Positions 57,361-64,000 of a stretch of DNA of 64,000 nucleotides are shown piece after piece. Both the position numbers and the translations under genes were made by a program. The stretch covers positions 31,309-95,308 of the forward strand of contig CAZNUU010000001.1 of NCBI GenBank assembly GCA_964576615.1, in the 5' to 3' direction. The stretch is from an uncultured Candidatus Saccharibacteria bacterium (lineage in GTDB: Bacteria > Patescibacteriota > Minisyncoccia > Phycocordibacterales > DATDWN01). Positions within the stretch are counted from its first letter, which is position 1. Each line of letters opens with the position of its first letter. The notes beneath the pieces are model-generated. The model was not told where the DNA came from. It worked only from the letters and a program-made list of their open reading frames with translations, and did not search any database.

Positions 57361-58398
57361 TTACGCAACTGCGTATTTGCCGTCTTTTAGTTTCTTGAAA
57401 TACTTTGGATTTTGGAGATTGACCATTATCGTATTTTCCTTAACATATCTTTCCTTCAAGACTTTTTTAACAATTTCATCTTTGGTCATTGGCCCATTCT
57501 TTTCCAAAATAGATTTGATAACATCTTTTACAACCCCACTCATATAGCCCCACTCCGAAAGAGCGTACAGACCCCTTCCTACTAAGACAAACCTTGGATC
57601 TTTTATGAGTTCATTATGGGTAGTTGCAACATGTGCCTTTTTGTTAAATAACTCCGTAATAAGTTTTGCTACTTCTCTAAAATGAATCGGTGAACCGTGT
57701 CTACGAATAACTAGGTAAGCATAATCCCTCATGCCCTTGGCATTTATGTTAGAAGAATTTGTCTTCCCCCATTCCCCAAGTGGGTTTTTGTCTATGAGCT
57801 TTGAGAGAGAAAGCCACCTTTTTGCAATCTCCTCGTTCTTGTACTTATCAGAAATATCCTTCAAGTGACCCAAAAACTTCTCGATCATATCTGATTCCAG
57901 TAAAATCTCATCATCCGAGAGTGACGAATAAAGACTCCTGATTGCTCCATGGATTTTCTTCGACAATTCTTTATCGACTGTCCATCGGTGTTTAAATTCT
58001 AGATCTTCTTTCTCCTTTGAAAAGTCCTCGCCTACAACTAAAAGAAAATGGACTTGATTCTGGGTAGCCTTGTCTTTTGAAATATGTCGAAGCAAAACAT
58101 CTTCAGAAACAGTGTGACCTAATTCAGATACAACAGCTTTTAACTCTTCAAATACCGCCTTTTCTTTTTGGTATTCTTTTGATTTTCTAATATTTATAAC
58201 GGAATAGTTTTCGATCTGTCTTACTCTCTCTCGAGTAATCTTATACTTCTTACCAATGGCCTCTAGAGTCATTCTCTTGGTATCACTTCCAAGACCAAAT
58301 CGAGAGGTTATAACGTCTTGAGACCTGTCATTTAAGACAGAGAGTAGACGCTTTATTACCTGCTTTGGTTTAAACGTAATTGTGGTTTTTTCGGCCAT
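57361..58398 (-). CDS. Sigma-70 region-4 HTH fused to winged-helix (HARE-HTH-like) domains
   Basis: SRFGL...MTLEAIG....ITRERVRQIE; TTHNELIKDPRFVLVGRGLYAL. Confidence 0.8.
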   Translation of the reverse strand: MAEKTTITFKPKQVIKRLLSVLNDRSQDVITSRFGLGSDTKRMTLEAIGKKYKITRERVRQIENYSVINIRKSKEYQKEKAVFEELKAVVSELGHTVSEDVLLRHISKDKATQNQVHFLLVVGEDFSKEKEDLEFKHRWTVDKELSKKIHGAIRSLYSSLSDDEILLESDMIEKFLGHLKDISDKYKNEEIAKRWLSLSKLIDKNPLGEWGKTNSSNINAKGMRDYAYLVIRRHGSPIHFREVAKLITELFNKKAHVATTHNELIKDPRFVLVGRGLYALSEWGYMSGVVKDVIKSILEKNGPMTKDEIVKKVLKERYVKENTIMVNLQNPKYFKKLKDGKYAVA

Positions 58399-58478
58399 AT
58401 TTTGGTGTTTTCTAATAAATTAGATAAGACTTTTATTCAAATGTCATCTATTTCTATCACCCAGGTTAAATTAAGTCA

Positions 58479-58575
58479 ACCCCCCACCCAGATTATAAGT
58501 CAAGCCTTGAGTTTATTGCAGATTTTAGTGAAATTTAATTATCCAGTGGTAAATATCCTGGGCTGGGTGGGGGGT
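58479..58575. repeat. 13-bp GC-rich inverted repeat enclosing a 71-bp AT-rich spacer
   Basis: accccccacccag / ctgggtggggggt. Confidence 0.65.
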
Positions 58576-58607
58576 CAAGCACCTTGACACACAGAACTAA
58601 TTAGTTA

Positions 58608-61487
58608 TTATAAAACAAAATTAACAAGGCGATTCTTAACAAATATAGTCTTTTTTATTTCCTTATTTTGCAGCCATTTTTCAATATCCGGTAGTGCCTT
58701 AGCGAGTGAAGCCACTACCTCCTCGGTCTCATCTATTTTTACTTTAAGCTCAGCTCTGACTCTGCTGTTAACCTGAACCGCAATAGTAACCTCTTGGGAT
58801 TTTAATTTTGATTTGTCGGCTTGCGGCCAAGATTCATTGACCAATAGTGACTTATTACCAACTCTTTGCCATAGCTCCGAGGTAGAGTGCGGCGCAAATG
58901 GGCAGAGTAGTTTTAAGAACATTTCAAAATCCTTAACACTTACTTTTTCAGTTTTTTCCATTTCATTTAGAAGTATCATCATAGATGAGACGGCTGTATT
59001 AAAAGACATTGTTTCTATATCGGAAGTTACTTTCTCTATGGTCCGATGAAGTAGTGAGTCAAATTTCTCTGAGGATTTTTTGCTATTGGCCTGTAAAATT
59101 CTATCTGAAATTCTCCAAACTCTTTCTAAAAATCTCCTGACTCCTAAGATATTTTCATCCCCCCACATTGCCGCTTGGCCAAATGGACCAATGAACATTT
59201 CATAGAGCCTAAGCGAATCCGCTCCATAAGTTTTTACAATGTCATCCGGATTTATCACGTTCCCAAATCTCTTTGACATTTTTCTGCCATCCGAAGCGTG
59301 TATTAGTCCAACATTTTGAAGTCTCTGGAACGGCTCTTTGGTAGAAACGACACCAATATCATAGAGAAACTTATGCCAAAATCTCGCATAAATTAGGTGC
59401 CTGGTTGCATGCTCTGCCCCACCCACATAAAGATCGACCGTGTTCCAGTATTTTTCCTTTTTCTTATCAACTAGAGCCTTGTTGTTGTTCGGATCCATAT
59501 ATCTTAAGTAATACCAAGAAGAACCGGCCCACTGCGGCATGGTATTAGATTCCCGTCTCAACATTTTTTTGCCGACCTTATAGTTTATCCAACCTGGAAT
59601 ACTAGCTAGGGGCGATTCCGCTGTACCGGTTGGTTCGTATGATTTAACCTGAGGTAATTTGACTGGCAAATCTCTCTCCGGCACAGGAATGACTTTGTGT
59701 TTTAGAACTTCTATCTTGGCATTTTTAACCCCCAGTTCGTCGTCGAATAAGACAGGTATAGGTTCCCCCCAATATCTTTGCCTAGAAAACACCCAGTCAC
59801 GAAGCTTGTATTTCGTTACCCACTTGCCCTTTACAGACTTTGTAATATCTCTTTTGACTTTATCCGAGTCGAGACTTGAAAATTTTCCAGAATTAATGAG
59901 CACACCGTTACCAGTAAATGTTTTTCCTTCTTTTAGTAATAAATCGAGCGCATATTGATGAGTTTGGGCACTCAAACTTTTTCGAAGCTCGCTTGTTGTT
60001 TGCCAAGTTATTTCGTGAGTATCATTTTCTTCGTTTGATATCTCCTCTTTCTTTGGATCTTTCAATTTGAAAACGAGAATGTGCGCATCTACAAGTTTAT
60101 TTGTCTTCTTTGGGACATGATAAAAAAGCCCATGAACCTTACCCAGTTCATTCACATATTCCAAATTTAAATAACCGGTCTCTTCTTTTATCTCTCTAAT
60201 TGCCGTCTCTTTGGGATTTTCTTTCTCTATTGTTCCAGTTAAAAGCGTAGTCCATGCAACCTTTTTCCACTTAAGTGCAACGTATTTGTCATCCTTCCAG
60301 TGCTTTACAAAAGTTATTACTCCCGGCCTCCTTAGTATCGGCTCCTCTTTTCTGTAGGCCCCAGGCTCATAGTCTTGGATAAAAAGTGGTTCAATTACTT
60401 GCTTGACTTGTAAATTATACTTCTCTGCAAATTCTCCATCTCGTTCATCATGCGCAGGGACAGCCATAATTGCACCTGTACCATAGGTAGCTAGAACATA
60501 ATCCGCGATCCAAATTGGAATTTTTTCTTTATTTGCCGGATTGATTGCAAATATTCCTTTTGCTTCCACTCCGGTTTTTTCCTTACCCTCTGCAGTTCTT
60601 TCAATTTCTGGTTTATTTTTTACACTTTCCAAATAATTTTGAATTTCTTTTTTATTTTCAATTTGATCCCATAATTCCTTTATGATCTTATGCTCTGGTG
60701 CAAGAACAACATAAGTTGCACCAAAGATCGTATCGGGCCTAGTGGTGAAAATTTTTATACTTTGGGGATTTTTAGAAACCTCAAAATCTATCTCCGCTCC
60801 CTCCGAGCGCCCGATCCAATTTCTCTGGCTTTCCTTTATAGATTCCGGCCAGTCCAATAAACTAAGGTCTTCCAGCATTCGATCTGCATACTTAGTAATA
60901 GCTAAAACCCATTGGCGAATAGGTCTTTTCTCAACCGTTGCGCCACATCTTTCACACTTGCCATTTTCGACGTCTTCGTTAGCTAAAATAGTTTTATCCA
61001 CCGGACACCAGTTCACAGGTTCGTTCGATTCATATGCTAGGCCGTGCTCCAGGAGTTTCAAAAATATCCACTGCGTCCATTTGTAAAACTTTGGGTCAGT
61101 TGTATTTACTTCGCGCGACCAGTCATAATCCAGACCAATAATCTCAAGTTGTTTTTTATATCGTGCGACATTTTTTGCCACGGCAACTGCCGGGTTGGTC
61201 TTTGTTTGGATCGCATAGTTCTCCGCTGGCAGTCCAAACGCATCAAAGCCCATCGGGTGAAGCACATTAAACCCCTGCATCCTTTTCATACGCGAAATTA
61301 TGTCGGTAGCAATATAACCCTTGGGGTGACCAACATGAAGTCCCTCACCCGAGGGGTAAGGAAACATATCAAGAATGTAGTATTTTTTCTTTTTTGAACC
61401 GGGCTCTTCAGTTTTAAAAGCCTTACTTTTGGCCCAAATAGATTGCCATTTTTTCTCAATAGCTGAGTGATTATACTCGCTTTTCAT
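58608..61487 (-). CDS. leuS: Leucine--tRNA ligase with inserted Nudix-like domain
   Basis: MFPYPSG..LHVGH, FTTRPDT, RQRYWGEP, KMSK; insert with AIREIKEETG. Confidence 0.97.
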   Translation of the reverse strand: MKSEYNHSAIEKKWQSIWAKSKAFKTEEPGSKKKKYYILDMFPYPSGEGLHVGHPKGYIATDIISRMKRMQGFNVLHPMGFDAFGLPAENYAIQTKTNPAVAVAKNVARYKKQLEIIGLDYDWSREVNTTDPKFYKWTQWIFLKLLEHGLAYESNEPVNWCPVDKTILANEDVENGKCERCGATVEKRPIRQWVLAITKYADRMLEDLSLLDWPESIKESQRNWIGRSEGAEIDFEVSKNPQSIKIFTTRPDTIFGATYVVLAPEHKIIKELWDQIENKKEIQNYLESVKNKPEIERTAEGKEKTGVEAKGIFAINPANKEKIPIWIADYVLATYGTGAIMAVPAHDERDGEFAEKYNLQVKQVIEPLFIQDYEPGAYRKEEPILRRPGVITFVKHWKDDKYVALKWKKVAWTTLLTGTIEKENPKETAIREIKEETGYLNLEYVNELGKVHGLFYHVPKKTNKLVDAHILVFKLKDPKKEEISNEENDTHEITWQTTSELRKSLSAQTHQYALDLLLKEGKTFTGNGVLINSGKFSSLDSDKVKRDITKSVKGKWVTKYKLRDWVFSRQRYWGEPIPVLFDDELGVKNAKIEVLKHKVIPVPERDLPVKLPQVKSYEPTGTAESPLASIPGWINYKVGKKMLRRESNTMPQWAGSSWYYLRYMDPNNNKALVDKKKEKYWNTVDLYVGGAEHATRHLIYARFWHKFLYDIGVVSTKEPFQRLQNVGLIHASDGRKMSKRFGNVINPDDIVKTYGADSLRLYEMFIGPFGQAAMWGDENILGVRRFLERVWRISDRILQANSKKSSEKFDSLLHRTIEKVTSDIETMSFNTAVSSMMILLNEMEKTEKVSVKDFEMFLKLLCPFAPHSTSELWQRVGNKSLLVNESWPQADKSKLKSQEVTIAVQVNSRVRAELKVKIDETEEVVASLAKALPDIEKWLQNKEIKKTIFVKNRLVNFVL

Positions 61488-61523
61488 GAGTAAATACTAC
61501 TTAAAATATGAGTTTTTGCAAAA

Positions 61524-62441
61524 TTATAACGGAAGAGGTTTTAAAATTCCATTCTGGTTTACAACTTCATCGAAGCAATAGTGGCCAGCTGGATGAGTCC
61601 AAGACGTATAACCAACTGGTCTCATATAAATATTGGGTGAATTATTTTGTTTTGAATCTTCATTAAACTCGGCACATATTTTATACGAAGTATTCCCAGT
61701 TTTTTGGTACTCATATGGCTTTCCGCTCTGTGGATCATTTTGAATATAGTAATAGTTAAGTGCAGACAAATCCTGAATTGAATTCGGCAGAGTATTTTTT
61801 TGCGAATAATAACTTTGCACACTACTGTTTAGATTCATTAGATCATTTATTTTTTGCTCATCGTACTTATATAGTCTCTGTGTCCTGGGAGAACCTAGAA
61901 CATAAAATCCCCATACAATGGAAGCTAGGATAACTACAGCTGCAACAATTACCCAGATTTTTCTGGAACTAGAGTTTAATTTAGATCTTATTTCAGAGAT
62001 GTAGTAGAAAAAGATTAACCCAGTCACAACCAAAACAACAAGAACCTTGAGAAGAAACGCCGCTGTTAGATCTTGACCATCAATAAAATAGTAAAGAACT
62101 GTAACTAGATCCACAGCCATAGCAACCCCGGCGACAAAGAGAGTGATATACGTAAGCCATCGTTTTACTCCCAGATTTCTTTTCTCTGGCTCTCCCACAT
62201 AACCCTTCTCAAGTAACCACATAAGTAAAACAAAAACTGGAAAGAAAATTATGAGGGTTGCAACTGGCCAAGAGATGGTACTGCTTGAGACATAGTAATA
62301 CCCATTATTTGTAGTTTGCGGATATGCGCGATTTATAACAGTGAAGAGAAGATTGATTAAACTTATCGCCACTGTATAGAGAGCTACGATAGCACCCAGA
62401 TTTAAAAAGAAATCCTTTGCTGTTGTTTTGGTTGGATTCAT
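61524..62441 (-). CDS. Multi-TM membrane protein (DUF5671-like)
   Basis: KDFFLNLG, KRWLTYITLF, GSPRTQR, DPQSGKPYEY, YKICAEF. Confidence 0.75.
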   Translation of the reverse strand: MNPTKTTAKDFFLNLGAIVALYTVAISLINLLFTVINRAYPQTTNNGYYYVSSSTISWPVATLIIFFPVFVLLMWLLEKGYVGEPEKRNLGVKRWLTYITLFVAGVAMAVDLVTVLYYFIDGQDLTAAFLLKVLVVLVVTGLIFFYYISEIRSKLNSSSRKIWVIVAAVVILASIVWGFYVLGSPRTQRLYKYDEQKINDLMNLNSSVQSYYSQKNTLPNSIQDLSALNYYYIQNDPQSGKPYEYQKTGNTSYKICAEFNEDSKQNNSPNIYMRPVGYTSWTHPAGHYCFDEVVNQNGILKPLPL

Positions 62442-62552
62442 TATTTAAGTATAAATATTAATGCTTAATTATAACACAAATAGATTCTGCCTTAATTTGA
62501 CAACCATAATTTAAATGATATTGTTTGCCCTGGAGAAAAAGGAGCTCCTCGC

Positions 62553-62873
62553 ATGCTGGAAAAAAGACCAAGACGACCGCTTCACGAAGTGCTGCCCGAT
62601 CTGATTCGGTTGGCCTCGAGTGATGACCTGCTGTGCTATGGAGGTCTCATCGTACTTACGGAAATCCCGAAAAACCATGACCAGATCGCTGCCGCCTGGA
62701 AGAAGCGCTGCGCTGACATGGGCTGGGGCGAGAACGCAGCACAGCACGTCATGGACGATCTTGCCGCTCAGAAGCGCGCCGCCGAAGACAAGGCCGCCGC
62801 CAAGGTTGTGAGCATGGTCCACACACCCGCGGCTGGGGCTCCCGCCGAGGGCGAGCCTTCGCTCAGCAGCTGA
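62553..62873 (+). CDS. Hypothetical protein (GC-rich cassette)
   Basis: TTGACA-16-TATTGT with extended -10, AAGGAG SD, terminator caggcgtacga..tcgtacgcctg at 62879-62906. Confidence 0.7.
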   Translation: MLEKRPRRPLHEVLPDLIRLASSDDLLCYGGLIVLTEIPKNHDQIAAAWKKRCADMGWGENAAQHVMDDLAAQKRAAEDKAAAKVVSMVHTPAAGAPAEGEPSLSS

Positions 62874-62920
62874 AACACCAGGCGTACGATTAACCTCGTA
62901 CGCCTGAAATTATTTATAAA

Positions 62921-63943
62921 CTATATTTTGAATTCAATTACGTCACCGTCTTTGACTATATATTCCTTCCCTTCAGTCCTAACCAATCCCTTTTCTCTAG
63001 CAGCTACAAATGAACCTGCCACAATCAAATCATCGTAAGCAACTACTTCCGCACGGATAAATTTATCTTTAAAATCTGTATGGATCGCAGTGCCAGCCAT
63101 TGGCGCATTCCAACCCTTGGTTATTGTCCAAGCACGAGTCTCATCTTCACCGGTTGTGAAATAAGTAATTAAATTGAGTGTCTCGTAAGCTTTTTTTATC
63201 AAATCATCTAGACCCTTTTCAAAAACAGGATCAATCACTACATAGTTCCCGGGGACTTTCGATTTTATATCTAAATTATTCTGAGCAGCTTCAGAAACAT
63301 TTAGTGCATACATTATTGGTTTTGCGGTAAGCAAGTTTAGTTGTTTAACTACCACTTTCTCTTTTTCATCCAGTTCCAGTGTATTTGCCAACTTGCCTTC
63401 TTTTAGGACAGCGAGAACTCTGCCGAGAATTTCATTTTCAAGTATCGCCTCTTTTCTGCGAGCGTCCGAAGGATTAGCTTTGTTTGCCTTAACCTCTTTT
63501 TGCAAATTGGAGATTCTTTTGGAAACAGTTTCTTCGTCCGCAAAAACAAGTTCTAGATTTATAACTTCAATATCTGAAAGCGGTTCCACTTTGCCATGCA
63601 CATGAATGATGTCTTTATCTTCAAAGACTCTGACAACTTCTAGAATTGCATCAACTTCTCGAATATTAGTTAGAAATTTATTGCCAAGGCCCTCGCCTTG
63701 GGATGCTCCTTTAACAAGGCCAGCGATATCTACGAATTCAACCACAGCTGGAATTGTTTTTTGAGACTTTGAAAGCTGTGTCAACTTTTCAAGTCTAGGG
63801 TCAGGCACAGGCACAATACCGACAGATGGGTCAATCGTACAAAATGGATAATTTTCTGCCGGAACAGATTTCTTTGTAAGCGTATTAAAAAGCGTGGACT
63901 TCCCCACGTTTGGCAATCCAACAATTCCAATCGAAAGTGACAT
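62921..63943 (-). CDS. ychF: Redox-regulated ATPase YchF
   Basis: [29 protein letters not shown]-terminal TGS domain. Confidence 0.97.
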   Translation of the reverse strand: MSLSIGIVGLPNVGKSTLFNTLTKKSVPAENYPFCTIDPSVGIVPVPDPRLEKLTQLSKSQKTIPAVVEFVDIAGLVKGASQGEGLGNKFLTNIREVDAILEVVRVFEDKDIIHVHGKVEPLSDIEVINLELVFADEETVSKRISNLQKEVKANKANPSDARRKEAILENEILGRVLAVLKEGKLANTLELDEKEKVVVKQLNLLTAKPIMYALNVSEAAQNNLDIKSKVPGNYVVIDPVFEKGLDDLIKKAYETLNLITYFTTGEDETRAWTITKGWNAPMAGTAIHTDFKDKFIRAEVVAYDDLIVAGSFVAAREKGLVRTEGKEYIVKDGDVIEFKI

Positions 63944-64000
63944 GGCTAAATAATGGCTTATTTCAATGATTAAATCAACTAAATTTGACAGTTGCCCTTA

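Noticed and set aside
58402-58587. 61-aa ORF on +
   Set aside because: Spans a promoter region and inverted repeat, with no SD or coding signal.

Overview
AT-rich bacterial chromosome segment whose gene set (shortened AlaRS, LeuRS with a Nudix insertion, archaeal-type AspRS, FtsA-like/hypothetical pair, sigma-region-4/HTH fusion) suggests a Patescibacteria (CPR, Parcubacteria-like) genome; this assignment is inference. Core genes run mostly on + from about 3.3 to 32.4 kb (trpS, aspS, scpAB, cfa, asnB, mraY-ftsW-murG, gltX) and on - from about 32.9 kb to the end (pyrCDEF, grpE-dnaK-dnaJ, infA to rpsI ribosomal cluster, alaS, mnmA, mltG, leuS, ychF). They converge on a 465-bp structured intergenic region. 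The most striking pattern is a two-class gene architecture. Many core genes look leaderless, with a -10 box exactly 6 nt before the ATG and no Shine-Dalgarno (SD). About a dozen GC-rich single-gene or short-operon cassettes sit between them, mostly on the opposite strand, each with a TTGAC-type promoter, a GGAGG SD and a GC-rich terminator. Other notable items: a T-box with an ultrashort stem I before aspS, an unannotated leader-peptide attenuator before an ABC exporter/GNAT operon, an orphan FabH coupled to a 7TM histidine kinase, an orphan TonB, a RAP-terminal ORF before dnaK, and a family of long-hairpin intergenic elements. No CRISPR array, rRNA, integrase or transposase was seen.
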